Assembly (NCBI GenBank): GCA_043784965.1
Contig: JAYVXS010000165.1
Span: 14,834-78,833, forward strand
Direction: 5' to 3'
DNA length: 64,000 bases
Source of the DNA: Bdellovibrionales bacterium
Lineage (GTDB): Bacteria; Bdellovibrionota; Bdellovibrionia; Bdellovibrionales; JAMPXM01
Shown here one piece after another: positions 18,101 to 25,184 of the stretch. Each line of letters starts with the position of its first letter. The stretch's first letter is position 1. The notes below the pieces were generated by a model. That model did no database searches and was not told the origin of the DNA. It saw only the letters and a program-made list of their open reading frames with translations. Made by a program: the position numbers and the translations under genes.

Positions 18101-18303
18101 CTCCAGCAGCATCTTGTATTGCTACAGGTCCTAAGACTAAGCAGTTTCCAGCTGGTCAGTCTTATCCAAGTGGTCCGGCTTCAGATTTGCGAGCAGCCTA
18201 CAATGTCGCGGTAAAAGCTTGTGTTCGCGCAAATCCATCTAGCATCGCTATCTGTAAAAGTAGCGCAATAGAGAATTGCCCGGGCGCAGGTTCAGGCAAC
18301 TAA
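15136..18303 (+). CDS. Large secreted mosaic repeat protein (Gln-rich, Pro-rich, Lys/Ala-rich, Tyr/Asn-rich, 4x Cys4 modules)
   Basis: The start is taken at MKKFSKSPLLIALISLSMMASTVTSSSAYG (SD AAGGAA, signal peptide). The mature protein is 1055 aa. The internal repeats are listed as separate features. A strong terminator follows. Confidence 0.75.
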   Translation: MKKFSKSPLLIALISLSMMASTVTSSSAYGANTPAQDQAAKDKLAAEKLAAEKLAQQEAQQKAQQEAQQKAQQKAQQEAQQKAQQKAQQEAQQKAQQEAQQKAQQKAQQEAQQKAQQKAQQEAQQKAQAAKPAPPAPAPPAKVEPVVIKPAPAPAPVPPVATKPAPPAPAPPAKVEQVVIKPAPAPAPVPPVATKPAPPVDKAAQEAKAKADQAAADKAKADKLAREAKEKLERKPAPQNPVGPPPVVVAKAETPAEVAAKLEQSKKQTAAQAAAERAHKDKLDQEIANQAAQKAADPKVKDAQKAKEDAAQKAADEKAKEIAAQKAQERKAIKIAEQAKLPVVVKTPQQIEADAAKAKADAIKAAQKKEKAKERIAVPAKTAEIKKENEVKAAEVEVAKVQKKEVVAVAKQQAILVKQNADIKQISQNPTAKITPAQEAVIAQNKKTIETRQAAQANKPVVAAPTHSTSVVELKTVNGAKIGLDPSIKVKVVVPVTVIVKPVVVVGGVAVASHMRSDETQKNIHEARIRSQNTQNIIINKTDIQSVTITKNITHVTNVYVNNYQNVVIERSRIYNNYYHEPQKVYRNYYSSYYDHGFRGGYAYPVRVDIAIHQHFWNPLVLWMFDDSNNNDFYCRYYGNSYCYSYPVRPFRYARVFYPTDTMRDLAIEVSGMSYYRHTYYRTALETLTDKLNSQISNYVSGRFYFGPNDIVINHYRNLGFGQVMVEGFVDRGSLHVAFKGHLDLENPYNSSVFVPTISDYSPVAAGIAVLNAIVALEQAANVRENVPQNVVYEEPAPPPMPVVNVTCRTFSGDAKFVGASPDSGTASQRAIEHCTKSARANATECTANISCDDGVSYAPVVSCSTSSTDANGDAVSFFRKGRDADYASQMAQQLCIADDATSDVDACSSPDNLTCIALDKSVLNPMACNVTVPNIPAPFSFQSYDSDKARNRAVSDCVTAEGTDVDDCNNSDFLSCDYVNAAPVEPPPPAASCIATGPKTKQFPAGQSYPSGPASDLRAAYNVAVKACVRANPSSIAICKSSAIENCPGAGSGN
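15298..15520 (+). repeat. Intragenic 12-nt periodic repeat (GCTCARCAARAA, encodes AQQ[EK]) x~18
   Basis: Direct reading gives AQQEAQQKAQQKAQQE... with higher-order 24/36-nt units. Confidence 0.9.
15526..15734 (+). repeat. Intragenic 96-bp tandem repeat x2.2 (encodes KPAPPAPAPPAKVE[PQ]VVIKPAPAPAPVPPVAT)
   Basis: The units start at 15526, 15622 and 15718 and are nearly identical. Confidence 0.9.
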
Positions 18304-18340
18304 AGACAGTTTCATTTAGTTTTTCGCAAAGGCAGACCAA

Positions 18341-18369
18341 AGGCAGACTCACAAGTCTGCCTTTTTTTT
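18341..18369 (+). terminator. Rho-independent terminator
   Basis: AGGCAGACT, 4-nt loop, AGTCTGCCT, followed by a T8 run. Confidence 0.8.
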
Positions 18370-18588
18370 GACCTTTTTAGTTTTTTTGATTTTTTATAAA
18401 ATCGTTCTTTCTTCATTGCAAGCATTTGCAGATAGTATTTTATTTGCTACGGGCTTAAAAGTGCATTGATTTTGATAAGTCGAATTGCATCTTTATCAAT
18501 TCGTGGTTATGCTTGCTTTCGCCAGTTTGAAAAGCTGCAATTTCAGCTTTTCAAACTGACTCTTACTAATCATTATAAAGGAGCCAAG

Positions 18589-19086
18589 ATGGCAAATATA
18601 ACACTTAAAGGCAGCCCAGTTCATACTAGCGGTCAACTTCCAGCCAAAGGTACGACAGCTAAGGATTTTAAACTGACCAAAACCGATCTCTCAGAAGTTG
18701 GCTTAAAAAACTTCGAAGGCATGATGAAGATCCTCAATATCTTTCCAAGTATTGATACCCCAACCTGTGCAACCTCAGTTCGAAAATTCAATGAAGAGGC
18801 AACAAAATTGAAAAACGTTGTCGTCCTCAATATAGCAGCAGATTTACCATTTGCCATGAAGCGCTTTTGCGGGGCTGAAGGAATAAAAAATTGCGAATCG
18901 CTTTCAAGTTTTCGCAGCAGCTTTGGCAAAGACTGGGGTCTTGAATTCACCGACTCTGCCCTTGCCGGACTACTTTCAAGAGCTATTGTTGTTCTATCAG
19001 CTGACAATAAGGTTTTGCACACCGAGCAGGTTGCCGAAATCGCTGACGAGCCAAATTACTCTGCCGCCCTTGCCGCTGTTCGCTAG
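18589..19086 (+). CDS. tpx: Thiol peroxidase (atypical 2-Cys peroxiredoxin)
   Basis: The start is taken at MANITLKGSPV (SD AAAGGAG). The peroxidatic motif is SIDTPTCA and the resolving Cys lies in RFCGAEG. Confidence 0.85.
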   Translation: MANITLKGSPVHTSGQLPAKGTTAKDFKLTKTDLSEVGLKNFEGMMKILNIFPSIDTPTCATSVRKFNEEATKLKNVVVLNIAADLPFAMKRFCGAEGIKNCESLSSFRSSFGKDWGLEFTDSALAGLLSRAIVVLSADNKVLHTEQVAEIADEPNYSAALAAVR

Positions 19087-19101
19087 TTACAGAAAAGGCT
19101 A

Positions 19102-19135
19102 ATGGAGAGAGTTCCCAATATTCTCTCCATTTTCT
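19102..19135 (+). terminator. Probable intrinsic terminator
   Basis: ATGGAGAGA, 11-nt loop, TCTCTCCAT, then TTTCT. Confidence 0.45.
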
Positions 19136-19295
19136 CGAATCTCAATCTGCTTTTATTTAGGCCCCATGCAAAGATGAGCAGATATTTATTCTGCAAAAGA
19201 AAGCAAAATACCACTGCCCGAGACTGCGCCACCAAACTGCATTTATGACTGCATGAAAAAAATGAACGTACCGAGCTTTTACCCAATACCCAGAA

Positions 19296-19850
19296 TTATT
19301 GTCTATTAAATCGATAGGCAATTTGACTTGCGATTAAATCCTTAATGAAGTCCCCAACTAAAAATGGAGTTAGGCCAGCGCTTAAAAGCAAAGCTTTTGG
19401 CAAAAAGAAGCTAAGACCTAGGAGGCCAAAACCAAATACCACGATGCTGCCTAAAATTGCCGCGATCCACGCAGTATGAAATTTCAGTGTCCAACCTCGA
19501 TCTGAAAGTGATCCCATTAAGAAGGAAGCAAAGAACATTCCCACAAGGTAACCAAGGCTTGGTCCTATCATGAGGCCAGAACTTCCACCTGCGAAAACCG
19601 GAAGGCCCAAGACTCCTACAAATAAATAACAACAAATGATGGCTAAGCCGCGTTTTTTCCCCCACAACAAAGCTGTCAAAGCAACTCCAAAAGTTTGTCC
19701 GGTGAGTGGTACCGGCGTAAAAGGCAAATGAATTGAAATTTGTGCCAAAGCGCTAATTAAGCAAACTCCGATAAAAACAGCGACCAGATTAGCCGAAATA
19801 CTATCTCCATTTTTTTCAAGTAATCTAGAAACATAAGTTGGATTTTGCAT
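19296..19850 (-). CDS. bioY: Biotin transporter BioY
   Basis: 184 aa with 5-6 TM segments. LPFTPVPLTGQTFGVALTALLWGKKRG is BioY-like. Confidence 0.75.
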   Translation of the reverse strand: MQNPTYVSRLLEKNGDSISANLVAVFIGVCLISALAQISIHLPFTPVPLTGQTFGVALTALLWGKKRGLAIICCYLFVGVLGLPVFAGGSSGLMIGPSLGYLVGMFFASFLMGSLSDRGWTLKFHTAWIAAILGSIVVFGFGLLGLSFFLPKALLLSAGLTPFLVGDFIKDLIASQIAYRFNRQ

Positions 19851-19934
19851 TTAATTCTCCTGGTTGAGATTTAAGCTAATATCATAATCTCTAAAAATAA
19901 AGTTGAATCTTTGAATTTGCTTCACAGGTTCATT

Positions 19935-20139
19935 CTTTTTTTAGTTGATAAAGTGTGGATAAAGTGTGGATAAACTGATCTCAGCGACAGTGAGACGGTT
20001 AAACTGATTTCAGGGGCACTCGTGAGCCCTCAGCCGATCAATTAGCCGCATATTTATATATAATGAGCCACCTATAACTGGGACCGAAACTGAAAAACCG
20101 AGATCAGTAGTTGCTGCCCCTAAACTGCCCCTAAACTGC
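19935..20139 (+). repeat. Dispersed intergenic repeat, copy B (5' module, AT-rich insert, 3' module)
   Basis: TTTTTTAGTTGATAAAGTGTGGATAAAGTGTGGATAAACTGATCTCAGCGACAGTGAGACGGTTAAACTGATTTCAGGGGCA...GGGACCGAAACTGAAAAACCGAGATCAGTAGTTGCTGCCCCTAAACTG. It also contains internal 11-bp duplications at 19947-19975 and 20114-20139. Confidence 0.7.
19954..19973. promoter_or_regulatory. Two tandem perfect DnaA boxes (TGTGGATAA), 11-bp spacing
   Basis: TGTGGATAA is at 19954-19962 and again at 19965-19973. This is the exact complement of the TTATCCACA consensus. Confidence 0.6.
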
Positions 20140-20336
20140 TATACGTAACTGGCAACAAAAAAGGTAGGGCCAACTTCACAAAACCAATCTGCTCTATAGA
20201 ACGAAGCGTAAAAATTTGGTTTAGGTGCCCTCAAAAAATAGTTCATTTTCCAGGCACCCACTTTGACTAAGATTTGAACTCATAGTTGCCAGAATCCCAT
20301 TTGTCAGAACACGCTAAATAGGCTTAGCATCTAGAT

Positions 20337-21254
20337 ATGAATTTCAAATTCTATCCGACTCTCCGCCGCGCTCTCCATCTTGCTGCCGTTCTAGCGTTTA
20401 CTAGTTGTGCCACTTCCAAAGTCACCACTTCGAATTTTAGTAATATCAAGTTAGGCACCTGGTCACTTACTCAAGAGTTAAAGGGAGAAGGAGTCATACT
20501 TATTCCGCAATGGCATCTTGCCTCGTCAATCTCAGCAAAGACCGACGCCAAAATAGCCCAAGAAGTAAATCAGCGCGCCATTTTCACCCAACTTTCCACC
20601 TGGATCGAGGCCCATACTATTGATGCAATCTTAGCCGAGGGTTGCGAGGGGGCAATCGATGCGCAGACCGATCAAAAATTTAATGGCTGGTCAATCAACG
20701 ATTTGAAGGGTGAATTGAGTAAACAAAATTCTATAGATGCAATATTGGCCCCAATTGCATTTAAGGTGAGAGTGAAATACCCAAATGACATTCAGGTGGT
20801 TTGTGCCGACAACAAAAGTCTAATTCAGAAAAATCAACTGGCATTGTCAAACTTACGTGGATTTTCAGGGTTTAAGTTTCGCATCGAACAAAGCACACTT
20901 TCTCAGAGCGATCATCAAACTTTTCTTAATGCCAGTCGTGAAGCCTTAAGCTTAGCAAAAAATTCGCCCGAAAAAATAGTCATTGAAAGCTTGAATTCTG
21001 AAGTTAAAAAATCCCTTGCGGACTTTGATTTAGCCATTCATCAACGCAATGAAAGCTTCATTTCAAAATCCAGGTCAATTCACGGAATAAAAGTGATCGT
21101 GATCGGAGCTGTTCATCTCAAAGACTTGCAGCTTCAACTTAGCCAAAGCAATATCGCTTTTTCAGTTTGGACCCCAGTTGGTATCGACGCGAAAGACACT
21201 CAATTACTCGAGCAGCTCAAGTCGAAATTGAAGTTACCAGAAGGTGGCTCGTGA
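20337..21254 (+). CDS. Lipoprotein, possibly TraB/GumN family
   Basis: 305 aa with lipobox AFTSC. The C-terminal KVIVIGAVHLKDL and the RNESF segment resemble TraB/GumN signatures. The call is weak. Confidence 0.4.
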   Translation: MNFKFYPTLRRALHLAAVLAFTSCATSKVTTSNFSNIKLGTWSLTQELKGEGVILIPQWHLASSISAKTDAKIAQEVNQRAIFTQLSTWIEAHTIDAILAEGCEGAIDAQTDQKFNGWSINDLKGELSKQNSIDAILAPIAFKVRVKYPNDIQVVCADNKSLIQKNQLALSNLRGFSGFKFRIEQSTLSQSDHQTFLNASREALSLAKNSPEKIVIESLNSEVKKSLADFDLAIHQRNESFISKSRSIHGIKVIVIGAVHLKDLQLQLSQSNIAFSVWTPVGIDAKDTQLLEQLKSKLKLPEGGS

Positions 21255-21634
21255 ATATTATTTTCAATTTACTATGGCTCTTATTAGGTGGTTTCGCGAC
21301 AGCAACAAGTTGGTTTATCGCAAGCCTCATCATGCTCATATCAATTATCGGCATTCCTTGGGCAAAGGCTTGTTTTAATATTGCGCTGCTCAATCTTTGG
21401 CCTTTTGGATCCAAAATAGTAAAAACCAAATCAGCGCCCGCCATGGGGGTTCTCACCACCCTCGGAAATATCTTATGGTTCATTATCGCAGGATGGTGGC
21501 TAGCCCTGGGGCATTTAATACTTGCCCTACTTTTTTGTTTAACAATTATCGGCATCCCCTTTGGCGTTCAACATTTTAAACTTGCCGCCCTTTCAATTCG
21601 ACCGGTTGGAAGAAATATTGAATTGGACTTTTGA
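21251..21634 (+). CDS. yccF: YccF-family inner membrane protein
   Basis: The GTG start overlaps the upstream stop. Duplicated IIGIPWAKACF / IIGIPFGVQHFKLAALSIRPVGR motifs and LLGGFATA are as in YccF (DUF307). Confidence 0.75.
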   Translation: MNIIFNLLWLLLGGFATATSWFIASLIMLISIIGIPWAKACFNIALLNLWPFGSKIVKTKSAPAMGVLTTLGNILWFIIAGWWLALGHLILALLFCLTIIGIPFGVQHFKLAALSIRPVGRNIELDF

Positions 21635-21657
21635 GGATACCAAGAAAGCAAATAAGC

Positions 21658-23412
21658 ATGAACTCAAAAAATCTAGATGAGCCGAAGGATCTTTGGTTTC
21701 GCATTTTGAAACTGGCGCGGCCTGAAACCAAGGCTCTTATGATTGCGACCATTTTCTTAGCAATTGGTAGCTCAAGTAATTTAGTGTATCCGCAAATTAT
21801 AAAAACTATGATTGACGGAGCCCTTAACGCCAAACAAATGGACAAGATCAATCAGGTCGCGGGCCTGATGTTTTTAATTTTTTTCATTCAATCGATTGCG
21901 GCGGCGCTGCGCTACTATTTATTCACCATGGCTGGCGAGCGAATTGTGCTTCGCCTAAGGCAAAATCTTTACTCTCATATTCTCGAGCAAGAGATTGCAT
22001 TCTTTGATTTTAATCGCACCGGCGAACTGATGAGTCGCATATCGAGCGATGCGACCATTTTGCAAAATGCAGTCAGTGTGAATATTTCAATGGGTCTTCG
22101 TAATATCGCCGGAGCCATTGGCGGTCTCGCCATGATGATCTATACTTCGCCCAAACTAGCATTGACTATGCTGTTAGTGGTTCCTCCTGTAGCCTTCGGC
22201 GCCGGAATTTTCGGAAGGCGCATTCGTGGTTTTTCAAAGAAGTCTCAAGATGCGCTCGCTCAAGCTTCTACCGTGGCTGAAGAAACTATTTCTGGAATGC
22301 GCACCGTGCGTTCTTTTGCTCAAGAGGATTTCGAAAAATTCAGGTACAACTCGAGCCTGACACTTTCACTTGAGTCGGCCCGAGGCCGAGTAATGCAAAT
22401 CGCCTGGTTCACCGGAATTGCTACAATGATTGGTTCATTTGCCGTTGTCGGCGTCTTATGGTTTGGCGGAAAGCTGGTGATTTTAAATGAATTGAGTATC
22501 GGCGATCTCACACAATTTCTACTTTATTTGCTCATTATGTCTTTCGCAGTCGGGGCACTTGGGAGCTTGTGGGGCGATTTCATGTCTGCGGTGGGTGCGG
22601 CCAGACGGATTTTTGAGATTCTCGACAAAAAACCCATGGTGCAAAATAATATTGGCCATAAGATTCAAGGCCTCCGAGGTGAGCTGAAGTTCGAGGCAGT
22701 TGAGTTTGCCTATCCAAGTCGGCTCGACACCAGTGTCTTGAAGAATTTTAATTTGCATCTAAAACCAGATCAAACAGTTGCCCTGGTCGGCCCCTCGGGT
22801 AGCGGCAAGACCACGGTGGCAAGTTTGGTCTCAAGATTTTATGATCCGATAAATGGTAGCATTTCTCTTGATGGAGAAGACATTAAAACTCTTGAGCCCC
22901 ATTGGATGAGAAGACAAATCGGCTTGGTTTCACAAGAGCCCATCCTCATTTCATCTAGCATAGAAGAAAATATTCGCTACGGAAATGAACAGGCCACCAG
23001 CGAAGAAGTTGTCAGTGCAGCAAAGCAAGCCAATGCTGAAGAGTTTATATTGAAATTTCAAGATCGTTACGCGACACTCGTTGGTGAAAGAGGCATTCAA
23101 CTATCGGGCGGACAGAAACAAAGAGTGGCAATTGCAAGAGCCCTGCTCAAAAATCCAAAGATTTTAATTCTAGATGAAGCCACCAGCGCGCTTGACACCG
23201 AAAGCGAAGCTCTCGTGCAAGAAGCCCTGGCAAGATTAATGAAGGGTCGAACCACCTTGGTCATCGCGCATCGACTTGCAACTATTCAAAACGCCGATAT
23301 TATTTGTGTTATGGAAAACGGCAGAATCATGCAGCTTGGATCTCATCAAGAATTAATTAAAGAAGAAAAGGGAATTTACAGAAAACTAATTGAGCGACAG
23401 CTCAGTCAATAA
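21658..23412 (+). CDS. ABC exporter, fused permease/ATPase (ABCB/MsbA-like)
   Basis: A six-TM domain is followed by Walker A GPSGSGKTT, signature LSGGQKQR and Walker B ILILDEATS. An alternative TTG start at 21631 overlaps the yccF stop. Confidence 0.85.
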   Translation: MNSKNLDEPKDLWFRILKLARPETKALMIATIFLAIGSSSNLVYPQIIKTMIDGALNAKQMDKINQVAGLMFLIFFIQSIAAALRYYLFTMAGERIVLRLRQNLYSHILEQEIAFFDFNRTGELMSRISSDATILQNAVSVNISMGLRNIAGAIGGLAMMIYTSPKLALTMLLVVPPVAFGAGIFGRRIRGFSKKSQDALAQASTVAEETISGMRTVRSFAQEDFEKFRYNSSLTLSLESARGRVMQIAWFTGIATMIGSFAVVGVLWFGGKLVILNELSIGDLTQFLLYLLIMSFAVGALGSLWGDFMSAVGAARRIFEILDKKPMVQNNIGHKIQGLRGELKFEAVEFAYPSRLDTSVLKNFNLHLKPDQTVALVGPSGSGKTTVASLVSRFYDPINGSISLDGEDIKTLEPHWMRRQIGLVSQEPILISSSIEENIRYGNEQATSEEVVSAAKQANAEEFILKFQDRYATLVGERGIQLSGGQKQRVAIARALLKNPKILILDEATSALDTESEALVQEALARLMKGRTTLVIAHRLATIQNADIICVMENGRIMQLGSHQELIKEEKGIYRKLIERQLSQ

Positions 23413-23414
23413 CA

Positions 23415-23577
23415 GGGGCCCGTCCAAAAATAAACTGTGCGTTTTCACGAAGTGAATTTTGAAATAAATTGAGGCGGGAGACCGCTTCCTTAGCAGGAAG
23501 CTAAGGGGAGGTCGACCAACGAAAAGTTAATTCAAAATACCAAGTGAAAATGTGCAAGTTATTTTTGGACGGGCCCT
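23415..23577 (+). other. Long imperfect hairpin element (~160 nt), possible structured RNA or MITE
   Basis: An 18-bp perfect outer stem is followed by a 13-bp stem with 3 G-U pairs and two 7-bp stems. An apical 7-bp hairpin is GCTTCCT/AGGAAGC. The element fills the gap between the ABC stop and the SD of the next gene. Confidence 0.6.
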
Positions 23578-23588
23578 AAGGAGGACTC

Positions 23589-23942
23589 GTGAGAAATATT
23601 TTGAGTGCGGAAAATTTGGATACGAAAGCAAAAGAGAAAATTGAAAAATTTCATGCCGATGTAGTAAAGGAAGTGGAAGCGGCAGTAAAGACAAACAAGA
23701 TTGTGATCGTAGGCATGGCTCAAAATCCCGTGGTTTCTAAAGCACGAAAAAATTTGGATACTGCTGGTTTAAAATTTAAATACTTAGAGTATGGCAGTTA
23801 CTTTTCAATGTGGAAGCCTCGCCTAGCAGTTAAGCTGTGGAGCGGCTGGCCAACATTTCCACAGGTTTTCGTTGATGCAAAACTGATTGGCGGCAATGCC
23901 GAATTAGAAGAAATGCTAAAGTCTGGTAAAATTAAAAACTAA
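23589..23942 (+). CDS. Glutaredoxin-fold protein lacking the active-site cysteine (monothiol-Grx-like)
   Basis: GTG start with SD AAGGAGGA. GWPTFPQVFVDAKLIGGNAELEEMLKSGKI aligns with Grx4 WPTFPQLWVDGELVGG. The CGFS position reads GMAQNPVV, and the protein contains no Cys at all. Confidence 0.65.
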   Translation: MRNILSAENLDTKAKEKIEKFHADVVKEVEAAVKTNKIVIVGMAQNPVVSKARKNLDTAGLKFKYLEYGSYFSMWKPRLAVKLWSGWPTFPQVFVDAKLIGGNAELEEMLKSGKIKN

Positions 23943-23959
23943 TGTGCTCCGAAAAACTA

Positions 23960-23991
23960 GCTTTCTTTCATGACCAGTCATGAAAGAAAGC
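23960..23991. terminator. Bidirectional hairpin between convergent genes
   Basis: A perfect 14-bp stem GCTTTCTTTCATGA / TCATGAAAGAAAGC with a 4-nt loop. A T5 run follows on the minus strand. Confidence 0.6.
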
Positions 23992-24008
23992 CAATAGCCT
24001 CGAAATTT

Positions 24009-25172
24009 TTAAATGTAGGATCCGCTTCGGATTTTATCGACAATGATCTTCTCAGGGGTCAAAGGATCGTTTGGATTCACCGCGAACAATGCCTGTTGCT
24101 CACATCGCAGTTTGTTTTTAACCAGCCAGTTGAGAATATCCGCAAGTTTACGATTTTTCTTGTCTTGAAAAAATGGATCATTCGCCAAAGCATCTTTAGC
24201 TTTTTTAAGCGATCTCGACTCAACTGGGTCCTTTTCGCGAACTTCGTAGCAATCCAAATCATATTTCTTCACATCCTCTGGCAAAACTCCCAGAAAATGA
24301 ACAGAAGGTGCCGAGAAATCAGAGTTACGAATCAGTGATGCCGCAGAACCGGCCTTCAAAGTTCGAAAAATATTTTGCAAAGTATAGGCGTCGAGATCTC
24401 CAAAAAAGAATATTGGAACTTTAAGTTCGGTTTGAATTAGTTTACACCAGCCGCGCACTCCATTCGACGGAACCCCTTGAGCACCCATGACAATACAGTT
24501 ATGTCTTTTCGTCATGCCATTTGACACAAGGGTTCCCGCTGTACCTTCGGACTCAACAACCAGGCAAAACTCGATTTTTTTCTTGGCCTTTAGCCTTAAA
24601 GCTTGAGGTTTATTTTTCGGCTGAAAGGGTGTTGTTCCGAGAGAACTTAAATCAACGACGGCACGGTCTCCATCCGAAAGAGTTTCAGTCACTACCAGAT
24701 GTTGCGAATAAGTTTGGCCGCCGCGATCATTGGCAAAACAATTGAGCTCTTCGCGGTAGACCTCGAGCATATCACCAATAAAATCAATAATCGAATCGCT
24801 CTCTTCTTGCGCCGTAAAATCAAGCGGCTTTAAGTTCTGAGACGACTTCACCATACCTTTTCCGATGTAATAGAGTTCGCGCTTGGTATTGACCGCACCG
24901 GTGCGAATATTTCGCAGTAGCACCTCAAGCATAAAAACCACTCTCGCCATTTTCTGAACGCTTGATACATTGAGCTCGGTGCGAACTCTCTTACTACCTG
25001 GAGTCAAATAACCGACTTTTGGATTATACAATGAGTTGTCGAGCGAACATTTAACCGCCTCAAGAACGGGGCGATTTGAATTTTCGAGCTCCTTGAGCAT
25101 GATATCACACAATGCTTTTGCTTCTGCCGGGATATCTTTAGTGAGCTTTCGAATCCTAATAATTTTATCCAT
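24009..25172 (-). CDS. top6A: DNA topoisomerase VI subunit A (Spo11-like)
   Basis: 387 aa. The 5Y-CAP catalytic motif is KRELYYIG. The Toprim Glu lies in VVESEG and the DxD in FFFGDLDAY. Confidence 0.85.
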   Translation of the reverse strand: MDKIIRIRKLTKDIPAEAKALCDIMLKELENSNRPVLEAVKCSLDNSLYNPKVGYLTPGSKRVRTELNVSSVQKMARVVFMLEVLLRNIRTGAVNTKRELYYIGKGMVKSSQNLKPLDFTAQEESDSIIDFIGDMLEVYREELNCFANDRGGQTYSQHLVVTETLSDGDRAVVDLSSLGTTPFQPKNKPQALRLKAKKKIEFCLVVESEGTAGTLVSNGMTKRHNCIVMGAQGVPSNGVRGWCKLIQTELKVPIFFFGDLDAYTLQNIFRTLKAGSAASLIRNSDFSAPSVHFLGVLPEDVKKYDLDCYEVREKDPVESRSLKKAKDALANDPFFQDKKNRKLADILNWLVKNKLRCEQQALFAVNPNDPLTPEKIIVDKIRSGSYI

Positions 25173-25184
25173 TATATCATCCCT

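Noticed and set aside
19851-20336. A chromosomal replication origin, given perfect DnaA boxes plus an AT-rich stretch.
   Set aside because: Only two boxes are present in a 486-bp spacer. No dnaA, dnaN, gidA or parAB neighbourhood is visible, and no clear 13-mer-type DUE repeats are present. The signal is kept only as a DnaA-binding-site finding.
23441-23456. A parS-like sequence, TTTTCACGAAGTGAA, inside the long hairpin.
   Set aside because: It deviates from TGTTNCACGTGAAACA by a 2-nt insertion at the dyad. It is more simply explained as a local sub-hairpin of the larger element.
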